The notes beneath the pieces were generated by a model. The model saw only the letters and a list, made by a program, of their open reading frames with translations, searched no databases and was not told where the DNA came from. A stretch of 64,000 nucleotides of DNA, taken from Syncephalis fuscata S228. Its lineage: Eukaryota; Fungi; Zoopagomycota. Positions 52,582 to 64,000 of the stretch are shown piece after piece (the stretch's first letter is position 1; each line of letters starts with the position of its first letter). Made by a program: the position numbers and the translations under genes. The stretch spans positions 310,001 through 374,000 of the forward strand of contig JAHLTZ010000007.1 in assembly GCA_025786725.1 (NCBI GenBank), read 5' to 3'.

Positions 52582-53745
52582 AGCACAGGATGCCATAGCT
52601 AGTACCATCGTCCTATTATTCTATAGGAACATAAGTAGATAATCCTGTTTCCTTGTTTCTTTTGGTAAATATGTTTGATAATATTTATTGTCACATCATA
52701 ATGAACCATTTACACATCTATTCGTCATCCATTCATTCTCTGGTTTAGAATGATAGCGATGTGTCCTTTTTGATTGAATTTTTCTATCTTATCATGTTGT
52801 TATCTTTTTTTAGTGCGGATGCTTTCTTCAATACTTGTGTATTAAGGAAGTATTGGATTTGGTTACGCACATACACATTAATCAGAATAGCAGCTTAATC
52901 ATCAACATTTTATCTCCCTATCAACAATCTCGTCATTACTACCATATCATTGTCGGCAGCATTTTGTAGTATTTATATTATTGAATGTTGTTACTATTTT
53001 TATTACCTGTGGTGTGATGTTATCTCATCCAATTACGCGTGTTATATTGCACTGTTTATTTAGTAGCAGCAACCAAATGGCTACTATTATAGCTATTATC
53101 ATTTCTATTACTACTATTACCACTATTACTACTATTACTACTACTACTACTACCATTGCTACATCTATGGATTCGGCTACAAGATGGTGAATGATAATTT
53201 TCCGATATCAAATAGAACACCATTATAATAGCTGGTATCTGCAATTGATGATGTGCTTACGATAATTGCTATGTTCATTAAATTTTGTTAATTTCAAACT
53301 TATATATCTTATTGTGTGCTATATTGAGCAATGATCAAATATTTAATTATTGCTTGTAAGTTTTTCAGAAGAAAAATAAACTATGTCTAAGAAATATATA
53401 AAATAGTTGTAATTACTTGCGTGAGAAGACAAATTAGTATCATCATCATTAATGGTTCTATAATAAATAACTCGTGTAAACTACATTAAGAGCAAATAAT
53501 TGTACGAATTGTTTAATCAATAATATAAATAAAATAAAAGAATAGCAATTAGAATGTTAAATTAATTACTTTAAGCACTTTGTTAATTGCTATTAGCGAC
53601 GCATTTCTTGTGATAAATCTATCATTTAAAAATAGAGCTTTTTAGGCAGCTTTTCAAAATTTAAAATAACGCGCTGGTTTATAAATTGACTTTTGTATAA
53701 ATAATTTAATTTTTCTGTTCAATTTTTTTGTACGATTTAGGTTGC

Positions 53746-55193
53746 TTAATCCACAGCTATAATTTTCTTGTCATGTTTAAATGTATAAAGAATAAATTTA
53801 CCCATAAATAATGAAAATCGATTAGTATATACGTTCATACCTAAAAAGGAATGAGGTTCAAGCATCAAACTTAAAGTTTTTGCATTTATGTGTGGTAGTA
53901 TAGCGCCATCGATTATGCTGTGAACCGTCCATTCTTTTTCAGATATAACAAAAACGCGGTTAGAACCAACTAGTGGTATTGTACCACGAAGATAATTGTT
54001 GTGCGTCCAAATGGGCTTTACATTCTTAATGCAAACAGTTGAGTATCTGTATTCTGTTGAAATCATGGCCAAATGTACTTCATTCTCCATACGCTCTTTC
54101 GGCATTTCATCATTAAACGGGGAGCTATACTCAATTAAAAACCGGTTATCATCCATTTTTTTAACAAAAATCTTAAAGCTTTTGAATGTATTAAAACAGA
54201 TCTCTCCTTGCATCAGACAGCGTGGACCATATCCTAGATAGTGATTTGAAAACTCCCATACATTTCATGTGATTATGATAGTAGTATCTGAATAATGCGA
54301 TGTTCTACTAAATATGATTGCTGATTCTTCAGTAACTTTTAGTAAAAAAGTTTCTCCTTCATTAGTTGTAATGGTACCCATACACATTTGACCGTTGGCA
54401 AGGTAAAAGACGCGAGTGATTATCAGTAAAGCAGACTGAAAGTCCTCTCCAGCTGCTGGTTTTAACTGATTAATCATCATCCATCGGCCACGAATATTTG
54501 CTTTATCGCATAAACAGGAGAATTGACGCGGCCGCATAATTGAGACTAATGTACTGGCCAAATAAAAATGACGCATGGTATTTCGTGGCCAATGTTTATG
54601 CTATTCGCTTGTTGATTAATAGTCACTACAAATCTGTCTGATATCAAGCATTGCTTTGCGTAACCTATAAAATTTACATCATCCCGAAATAATTTACGCA
54701 AACACCAATATCGTTTAGTAAAATTTTTCCCTACCGGCTGGCATTGTTCAACAATAAGACAATTATGCAGATAGATATGACGATAAGCAATTCGTTGCAA
54801 TATAATAAAACGACTGTTGTTTGGTTCTTTTTCTGATGCATTCTTGATTAGATATGGTGTGTCATTAAGCCAATTTGCATCAATAGCACGCCGATAACAA
54901 AAAGCACAAAACCACTCGATGTGCTGGTTATTCATCTAAGTAGTTTTGATTGTTTTTTTTGGTCTGTGATGCCAACAACTTTGATGCACGCACTTTCTTC
55001 ACATACCAGGCCAGCCATTTTATTTCGTTGTCATCAGTAAGATTATAGTATTGCTTATATTGTTGATGCCAAAATTATTCTGTTGACTAATACAGTACAA
55101 CACCCATTTACTGCAATATGAAAGCAAAACAAGTGGATCGCTGTCGGTAAATGCAGCAACACGCCCAATAGCAAGCATAGGGATATGGTTCAT
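53746..55193 (-). pseudogene. Frameshifted relic of a putative F-box-like protein gene
   Basis: Four co-oriented ORF pieces in different frames with no evident introns. The start MNHIPMLAIGRVAAFTDSDPLVLLSYCSK resembles an F-box motif. Confidence 0.45.
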
Positions 55194-56107
55194 TGTGCAT
55201 AAGTAAATATGACAAGAAAGGGATAGTAGCTGGATTGGCAAAAACTATTTATTTCAATGACACTTTGCTAAAAGATAAAGGATCATAGTGTGTAGTTATA
55301 ATGAACATGAGCTAGACGCGCATTTTGATTTATATATATGTTGTGCAACCTTCAAAGACCTCGAACCTTTTGGATTAACGTTCCAAAAGCTATTGTATTT
55401 TGACTGTTACATTTTTTATTTACTTATTTCATCCCTTCACTTGTAAATACAACTAAACATTCATTTATCACTACAACATGTATGATATTACATCTAACAT
55501 TAATTAATTCATGTGTAGTTATCATACAATAATGTAATTAATTAGTTATATTTATTATTGCTTAATACTTACATTGTCATTTATGATATTAATTGTTTAA
55601 ATGCCATTTACTTAGTGAATTGGCTATAAGGAAATGGCTGTTTAATAAACGACATTTATAATAATTATATTAATATTGATCCTACATTACAAATATGCCC
55701 AAAATACAATAGTAGAATATTAGAAAATAGAAGAGACTATTTAAACATAAGAATCCACGTTGTACATAGATGCAACGACTGCGGAATGACATAGAATTGC
55801 CATTATATGGCTTCTATCAATATTCTATCAATTTTTCTACACATAACCAACAACAATAATAATTGACCTCAAATGTTTTAAATAAATCAAATAGTATGCT
55901 ACATCCTTTATTTAAATTAATTTATTAACAGTATATTAATAAAATACCTTGATCACATAGTATGATACATATAAACTGTGTATGTAATCACACCATTAAT
56001 CCTTCTTGATTACAAATCAGCCTATTGGTACAATAATCGTAACATTTCAACAAATAGTTAAAATAGCAATATAATTAACAAACACAACAGTTTTTATTAC
56101 TTTATAA

Positions 56108-59100
56108 TTAATTGTCATCATTATTGTCATCTTCATCTTCATCATCATCGCTTAGATTCAATTCAATTTGATTAGCATTGGTATTGCTTTCAGCTGTAGT
56201 GCTATCCTGGTTATTATCACTTGAGGGAACGAAACCACTGTTTTGAGTAGCAGGTTTAAATTGAATACGCTGTTGTTGTTGTTGCTGTTCCTGTTTCTCT
56301 CTACTGGCTAATAGTTGGGCTGATAAAAAGTTGACTTCTGTGTTGAATTGTAATTGAACTGAGCGTTTAATACGTAGCATCTCTTTAAACGTATCCTCAT
56401 TGCCGTGTTTAACCTCAAATTCATGCCATTGTTGCCAGAAATCGAGTACCGTCTAATAATAAAAAATGGTAAATAGTGATAAATAATAGTAGTAGTATTC
56501 ATAGTTTGTTACTTACCCGTGGATCACAAAAGGCCGAGCCATAGGCATAGATAGCTCGGGCCCGGTCAATTTCTCCTAGTTTACGTTCCAAGTCTGCAAA
56601 TGCTATACACATATCCTTGGCTTCACGATCAGGTAATGCACCAATGGCCCGTTCATAGATTTCCCGTGTCGCAGCCACGCCAAATGTTTGGCTGACTTTA
56701 GCAATATAAAATTTGTACATCTGTGCAAATAGATTGCAGTAATAAGCATAAGTATCTATCGACTATATACGGCGTACTGCCTACCTCCATACAGTCCTCC
56801 TTGGCCACGGCTGCTGTAGCACGATCGTAAATTCGCATGGCATTCTTGGCCAGTCCATGATCTTCCTCTAGCTTGCCGTACATTAAATAGAGTGGCTTTG
56901 CATGTTTCTCTGGACATTTCTCAAGTGCTTGTTCAAACAAATCACGCGCTCGTTCCAATTTAGATCCACCCTATTTAATAACACATAGTCAGTTAATACT
57001 TGCCTATTTATTTTAAGGTTTCAGTGCTTACATATCGTTCGACAAATTTAGACAAATAAATATTCCACAGTTCAAAGGCTACTGGATATCCAAACAGAGC
57101 TATACCTCGTTCATATACCTATTCATCACGAGATCATCAGCCAATAAGCTAATGAATCAAGCTGTGGTATAATAGCCTACCTTGAAGCCTTCTTCAAAGT
57201 AGTGATGCTCCTCTAGCAATCCCGCATAATTTACAACAATCTGTGGTGTGGCTATACGCAGTTGAAAGATACGATCGTAGATGGCGCGAGTTGAATCTAT
57301 AGTACCGATACTCTCTTCAAGATCGACGTAAAATGACCAAAGTCGAAGTGATTTGAATACACGGCGTTGTACAGCTATTGACTAATATGTATTATTTTTT
57401 AGTATTATTATCTTATAACTATTAATATTGCTACCAATCTATTAACTTACTTCATCTTTAAAGTGAACATTTGGATTGGCTGGAGGAACTGTAGCACGTG
57501 CCATAACTTCTACTGCCTCTTCAAAGTTTCTAATATATCAATTAATTAGTTATACTATCTATAGGGCCTATACAAATACTTACTCATGTCGTAATTCCAT
57601 CTCGGCCCATTCACACCATATATCAGCCAATTCGTTAACTGTCTTAAATTCAACATTAGTAGCTTTTTCAAATATTTGACGGGCATTGTCCATATCATCT
57701 GCTTGTTCGTAGAACTGGGCAAAGTCACACCATAGTTGCGTAAGCTTTCCGTAAGCCTTCTTTGGATGAACTGTAGCCAATGCTTTTGTATAAGTTTCCA
57801 CAACCTATTATTAAATAGAGACGTATGAATCAACACTATATAGTCACCTAGCAAACCATCCAAATACCACTTACCTTCTCTGCATTGTCCTCCCATAGAC
57901 TAACACGTTTCTGCCATTCGCCTATATTATTTGGATTTTGCCGTAATAGAACATCATTGACTAGGAATGGCCGTCTATCCATCAGTCGTTCAAATCGAGC
58001 CAGACGCAAATCTAGCTCTAATGCTTTACTTGGATTGAGTGCTTCCTTTTCTTGATTAGCCATTTCCATACTGGTCGATATAATCGATTCTTCAAATTCG
58101 GCATATGCATCAAATATTTGAGTGAAATCACGTACGGTATTTACTGCCTCGATGCCTTCTTCAAAAGTATTACGGGCCTATATTCATTTTATAATAAGCA
58201 CACCATTTGCAACAGCTATCTTTTATAGTTTTTGTTACTACTTTACGACAACTCGCTTACCTTTTCAAATTGGCCTAGTCGAATCCAGTAACGTGCTAAT
58301 GAACACCATATACGGCCAGCCTGATCGACAAATCGTTTGGCACCCGCACGAAGTATCTGCTCCACACGCATGCCTTTTAAATTGACTTGTCGTGGATGTT
58401 CACAGCACAAATCCGACAGTTCCGTCCATAGTTGATAGTGTGATTTACCATGAACTGATCTGAATTTAGGATCATTACAGATTTGGGCCAGCTTTTCCGC
58501 TGCTTCAGCATAATATTCAAGTTCAATAAGTAGATCAATATAATCTTCAATCTTTCCTGGTTCAAGCTATTCATCACAGTATTAGTAAATAATTCTCACC
58601 ATTACACCATTAATAACTATTAAACCTACCTTAATATAGCGTTTAAATACACGCATAGCCGTTTCTCCACTAGCCTTTTTGGCAAACTTCAAATAAAGTG
58701 GCCAAATACGATCATGTTGCGTTACAGGTAATGATCGCAGTGCCCGATCAAATACACGACGTATAAAAGTCAATCGATTAGCCAAGTGTCGTAATAGAAA
58801 TTCACAATAATCAATCCAAATACGTGGCATCTATCAATGGTTGTAGTGTCGCGTCTATTCATTAATAACTAATTAATTACGTGTACCAACTATTACCTTG
58901 TGTAAAAGCACCAAGGCGCGTTCAAAACAGCCAACTACACCATCAAGCTGGGTTGAATGCTGTACGGCATTCATAGATTGCACTGCGCGACAACGTAAAT
59001 CCAAATACGTCTTCCATAGTTTATACGAGCCAGGCAGTGCTTTGACCGCGCGTTCATAAACAAAAAACAAATGACTAGACGGCGCGTTTTTTTTATGTTC

Positions 59101-59290
59101 TATATACCGTTGCCAGGAACGCATCGAATCTGGATTCCGGATTAGATCTTCCTCGTAAGGAATATCCTCCTCGGTCTATATACATGTATTAATGATAATA
59201 TTTAATAAAGCGTAACTCTTTTGCGGTGCTACTTACAATCATGTACAGTAATTTGCTAAACGCATCTTTATCTTCAATAGATGTCGACAT
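56108..59290 (-). CDS. SYF1: Pre-mRNA splicing factor Syf1/XAB2 (HAT repeats)
   Basis: [89 protein letters not shown]. Confidence 0.95.
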
Positions 59291-59408
59291 TGCCAATACA
59301 CGATTAGTGTTTTTATCAAGTAACAAAAAGTAGATTGGCACAGGTTAAAAGTTAATAACAAATCAAATTGGTGGAGCTACTGTATTTTGACTTTCACATT
59401 TTTATCTA

Positions 59409-61047
59409 GGGAAATTAGAAAAATACATTGTTTTAATTTTCTTTAAATTTTATATATAATAAATACACTGTTTTTTATTTTAATTAGAAAATATACTAGT
59501 TTTAAATTTATAAAAATTTATTTATCAATAAATCATTTTTTGCTTGCTCCACACCGTTTTCTTGTAATGGCGTTCACTACAAATTAAACATTCTTTAATG
59601 ACACGTTTTCTTTTCTTAATAGCTGTTTCACTAGTAGTTTGTATTTGTTCTTCAACAAAGATGTTTGTTTCAACGTTACTAATGCTAGTGTTTACAAACA
59701 TATTCTTGTATTGTGTCCTTTTAAGCTACAATTGCGACAAGCATATCGCTGAGAGGCTTCCAAAGCTTCACCACAAAATCTAATTCTTTTAACTTTTGGT
59801 CTACTGGCTTTCTTCGTTATTGTCGGTGGCAAACACAAAATGTCTGCAGTAATTGATTCCATTTCAACCGGACAAATATTTGAAGCAGATAGTTTGCTTA
59901 AATAATTAACGGTGTAAGATTTATCAATAAAATCATCTAATAAGAGCTTAAGATTCTTCAAAATTATTGCCACATGACTACAAACAAACTTCATCTCTTC
60001 CCAGTATCCACATGTGCAGGTTTTGCAGTTAAATCTACTGTTTGACAATACCAGACTTGATATCTTTAACTTGAAATTTGGTATCAAATAATCATCAACT
60101 ATATAATTATTGGCGTCAGTTAATGGTGATTTATACAACAAATAGCTATTATTAGATAGCAATCCTTGAGCTTGTAAATACTTGATTCAGGTATTGAATC
60201 TAATGATGTTTAAGAAAATAAACTCAGTTGTTTTTATTTTATGAGATATTATAGCAACAGCCAAATGAAAGGTATTGCTATTTCCATCTTTAACAACTGC
60301 AGCAAGAGCAACACCGTTATAAGAAGATCTCAAATGGCAGCCATTAATTACCAGTACTTTACGAGTATAGTGGTAAGCTTTAATAAATGATGAAGGACAT
60401 AAAAATGCTCTTTTAAAGTTACCAGACTGGTTTTGCAAAAAAGTGCTGAACAAAACCCGGATTAAAATGCTCAAATTTGATAAGGTAATTAATGAATGAA
60501 AAATAATTAATATTGCTGCTAATGTTATTCTTTTCATTAAATTAAGAGCAGACCAAGCTTTGTAATAAGAAATATCAACTTCTGTTGAGCTATTACAGTT
60601 GTTAGTGTATATTGAATAATCAAATATGTAAATACCTTTATTTGTACATTTTTTATTTTACATTTGAGAATATAGCAACATCATTCGTAATATATTTAGC
60701 AATAGATTTAATATTATCATTACCAGAATTATATAAACAACTATTAAAATGTTTAATATTGCATTGAAAAATCTTTACTAGGCCAGTTTTCTGCTTTTGG
60801 CAGTTAAAACAAACTGAAATTTGTTGCTGGAACGGTATTCATGAGGACAAACAAGCTGTAATCTTGTTAAATCGCTGTTTTTTCTTTTAAAATTGCAACC
60901 GTTAACAAGCTTAAACTTGTCAACAGCGGCTTTTAGTTCTTCAATACTGTTAAATATAGCTTTCTTAAATAAGTTGGTAGACATTTGGTAGATTTTTCAA
61001 AACGGTATATTTTGATAAATAAAAAAGTGTATTTTTCTAATTTATCC
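59409..61047 (-). mobile_element. Decayed MULE/MuDR DNA transposon
   Basis: Broken transposase (INGCHL...YNGVAL...DGN; SWIM CTC...CSH; CRNC..KGHNTRIC). Terminal inverted AAATTAGAAAAATACA; flanks TTTTTATCTA/TTTTTATTTA match 9/10 (TSD-like). Confidence 0.8.
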
Positions 61048-62072
61048 TTTTTATTTATTCATTTCACTCTTTTTTCTTAATACGTTTAAATACAATTAAA
61101 CATTCATTCATCACTATTCCATGTATAATATTGCATCCAACATTAATTAATTCATGTGTAATTATCAATACAATAATGTAATTAATTAGTTATATTTATT
61201 ATTTCTTTAATATATATATATATTGTCATTATGATATTAATTGTTCAAAATGAAATATTAGAATGTTAGAAAATAAAATAGATCATTCAGATGCAATAAT
61301 ACACATTGTACATAGATGCAATAATAAAAATACGGAATGATATGGAATTGCAATCATATGGCTTCTATTAATATTTGATCAGTCTTTCTACACATGGCCA
61401 ACAACAACAATAATCAACCTCAAATGTTTCAAAAAAATCAAATGGTATGTTACATTGTTTATTGAAATAAATTTATTAACAATATTTTAATAGAAAGCAA
61501 TATAGCTATGTTGTGTAGATAACGACATAACTTTGATTGGAACAAATTGTACTTTGAAAACAGATGTGGGAGTAAAGTACAATAAAACCAAATTCAAATT
61601 CAAATATTAAGTGAAAACGAAAAGTGCAATAAAAATAGGTGCAAATGACAAATAATAATTTAAATATAAATCAATTGATTCGTCAATTATTCAAGTCTTT
61701 ATAGTTAATCTCGTAAAATGAGCGGTTTATTTGGCATTTTTGACAAAATTAATGCTTGGTTAATAAAATAAATATAAATAAAGGTTACTTTGGCTGTAAT
61801 TTGTTACGTTTATGCAATAAAAATAGTAACTACAGCAATTTAAGAATTGGCCAGGATAGTCAGGGATTAAAAAAGCTTAAATATTTTGTTGATAATATTT
61901 GATATCTTTTTATGTAGTGTTTTCTATGTAATGCCATATCAACACTTGGAACATTTAGTAGGTGAATTCTGGATTTTATAGTATAAAGAACTGTATATCA
62001 TAATAATTATATTTTATGACACACTTTTAAAAAGCTGTACAGTATGAATATTATTTATATATAATTAAATAG

Positions 62073-62583
62073 TGATCCACCAAGAGAGAAAGAAGGATGG
62101 CGTCCAGCAAGATTACAAACAGCTGACAAAATGCCACTTATTGTATTCGGCGATGCAGTGTTTGACAAGCAGAACAATGTATACAAGGGCCATCGATCTG
62201 CTGTTGTCAACAAGTGCTGGCAAATGTTGAAACAATGAGAGCGTCGTGGAGATCTTGTTGCCATTAAAATTAATGAATATCTTTCTTCTCAGGTAAGTAT
62301 TTAATGTAATCATTATTTTATTTAACAATGTAACAATTTAATAGATTTGGCATGTCTGTAAGGAAAAAAGTCTAATAGAAAAGATTGTTGTAAATGGTCA
62401 TACCCACCACACCACCTTAGTTTACCAAAGCTGCCAGGTAGTGTGGAATCGGGATGTCATGGCAAGCAAAAATCTTTTTATATCATCGAATCAATCTGGG
62501 ATGGAAATGGCAGACCAGCTGAGTTTGCCAGACCATCTCAGGGCAGTACAATTATCGCAGAGAACGCGGGTTCGTCTCAATGA
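62073..62583 (+). pseudogene. Fanzor/TnpB-like nuclease C-terminal relic with one intron (62293-62344)
   Basis: PLIVFGDAVF...KGHRS...LKQ*ERRGDLVAIKINEYLSSQ|IWHVC...LVYQSCQVVWNRDVMASKN...(fs)SIWDGNGRPAEF, matching the RuvC-II / Zn-finger / RuvC-III layout. Confidence 0.75.
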
Positions 62584-62700
62584 GACTTTTTAGATATTGA
62601 AAGTAAGTTTTATTAAAATGTTTAAAATAGCAACTACTAATACAATGTTCTATTACATTTAATTGTATTTTATGCAAATGATAATGTTATTACATTATAC

Positions 62701-62780
62701 TAATGTTTATTGTGAATGATGATATTACATTAATGTTTATTATGAATGATGATATTACATTAATATTTATTGTAAATGAT
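62701..62780. repeat. 30-bp tandem repeat (~2.7 copies)
   Basis: TAATGTTTATT(G/A)TGAATGATGATATTACAT at 62701 and 62731, partial at 62761. Confidence 0.8.
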
Positions 62781-63008
62781 CATTTAAACACAAATTAATT
62801 AATCAAATCACTACAATTGATTGCGTAAAATGATTTGCTGCTTTGAGAATTAGTGTAAATAGCCTAGTAGAAATGATTGTTTGATTATTTGCCGACAACA
62901 CCCGACTCGTAGTTCATCCTTTTTATTCTTTTGTTGATCTTTAAATTGACTAGCTGTCTTGCTGGTACCACTGCTACTACTACTGCTGTCGTCGTTGTTA
63001 CCGCCACT

Positions 63009-63312
63009 ATGGTTCTTCCACGGGTATTCTCTACTTTCAACGTCGCCGGATTCTCATCGGCTCGCACTCCTCAGTGGTAAGATGACTACAAGTACTTGGA
63101 TTCAATAGAATAACCGCGTTTCTTTTACTTTTACATTATTGCATCTTATATCATTTATATAATATAGGTTCCCAGTACTTGCTCGCTATGGTATAGCAGC
63201 CGGTGTTGGCTTGACCTTCTTCATTACTGACGTGCCTATTGTACGTCGCGATGTCTTTGCTCATCTTCCCGTCGTACGTGATATTTATCCTGTGCCCAAG
63301 GAAGAAGAGTAA
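63009..63312 (+). CDS. QCR10: Cytochrome bc1 complex subunit 10
   Basis: Exons 63009-63076 and 63168-63312: ...PQWFPVLARYGIAAGVGLTFFITDVPIVRRDVFAHLPVV... Confidence 0.75.
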
Positions 63313-63451
63313 TATAGATAGCCGATACTCATCTCGTTATCAATAAACTCTGACGCTATTCCAGATGAACATAAACTAATTAATAATACAGTATAATACA
63401 ATACAATACAATATACACATATAGTAGATAATCATTGCTTTATTGCTGCAA

Positions 63452-64000
63452 CTACCACGCATCTTCTCCTACTTCAATGTGGATGCCAGCTCGACGCAAA
63501 CGATCCACCAATGGTGTGCCAAATGCAGAGGCTGGTGTCAATACACCGCCATTATGGCCTGGTAGTTTATGACGATTCTCTATCATGGCCAGTGCAGCCT
63601 CAGAGATCATTTTAACTGATCCGTTAAAGCGTGGATCAATTCGATCCGATAAAATAGCCTTGACGGTCTTGGGAATCTTCTCCTTATCACTGCTCTATAT
63701 GAACTGTATTAGTATTATTTATAGCGCTACTATAGAGTGTACCTACTCTTTCATAGGCTACACGGCCTACAAACTTCATGGTCCAGCTGCCGCCTTCAAG
63801 TTTCTTTGGTGCAGGTTGACCGGCCCATCGTGGCCAGACCAATCGCATAAACCAGCGGAAGGGTGGAAATAGAAGGCACGAGCTGAATCCTACTTCGGTG
63901 GCCGTGTAATAAAAGGCCGTAAAACGATTGGAGTAGGTGCGAGTTTCACTAATGTAATAAAAGTTAAAATGGTTTTTGCGTGGTGGTGCTTTGGTAATAA
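63452..64000 (-). CDS. Saccharopine dehydrogenase-like oxidoreductase, 3' part (runs off the window)
   Basis: KMISEAALAM...GGVLTPASAFGTPLVDRLRRAGIHIEV, the family C-terminal motif. Confidence 0.7.

Noticed and set aside
52981-53244. Thr- or Ser-rich ORFs
   Set aside because: Translations of an (ACT/ATT)n trinucleotide repeat.

Overview
AT-rich eukaryotic DNA with many short GT-AG introns. Gene content and intron style suggest an early-diverging fungus (Zoopagomycota/Mucoromycota-like; inference only). Conserved genes are EFG1, LEO1, a DUF4112 protein, a triple-PH protein, medium-chain acyl-CoA dehydrogenase, a Rap/Rsr1-type GTPase, a Dma1-like FHA-RING ligase, a Pcl/Clg1 cyclin, SYF1, QCR10 and a partial SCCPDH-like gene. 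They surround a repeat-rich accessory block at about 7.8-30.6 kb. The top finding is at 11595-12878 (- strand), where an apparent ~80-bp tandem repeat with no ORF-track call reads as a spliced gene. A signal-peptide exon is followed by 13 consecutive 3-nt exons, each exactly one in-frame sense codon between YAG and GTAAG, and then a short terminal exon. This predicts a 54-aa secreted peptide that splicing could diversify one residue at a time. It lies with a secreted pseudokinase and a secreted SH3-ligand-like protein in a 10.6-kb island bounded by 1479-bp inverted repeats, with an outward-facing tRNA inside each end. Also present are a 5S rRNA 8 nt upstream of tRNA-Lys with no terminator between them, an intact Ty3/gypsy chromovirus (identical LTRs, TSD, iMet PBS, -1 frameshift pseudoknot), two related foldback palindromes, a decayed MULE and a decayed intron-containing Fanzor/TnpB-like gene. 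All calls were made by eye; nothing was searched or validated by expression.
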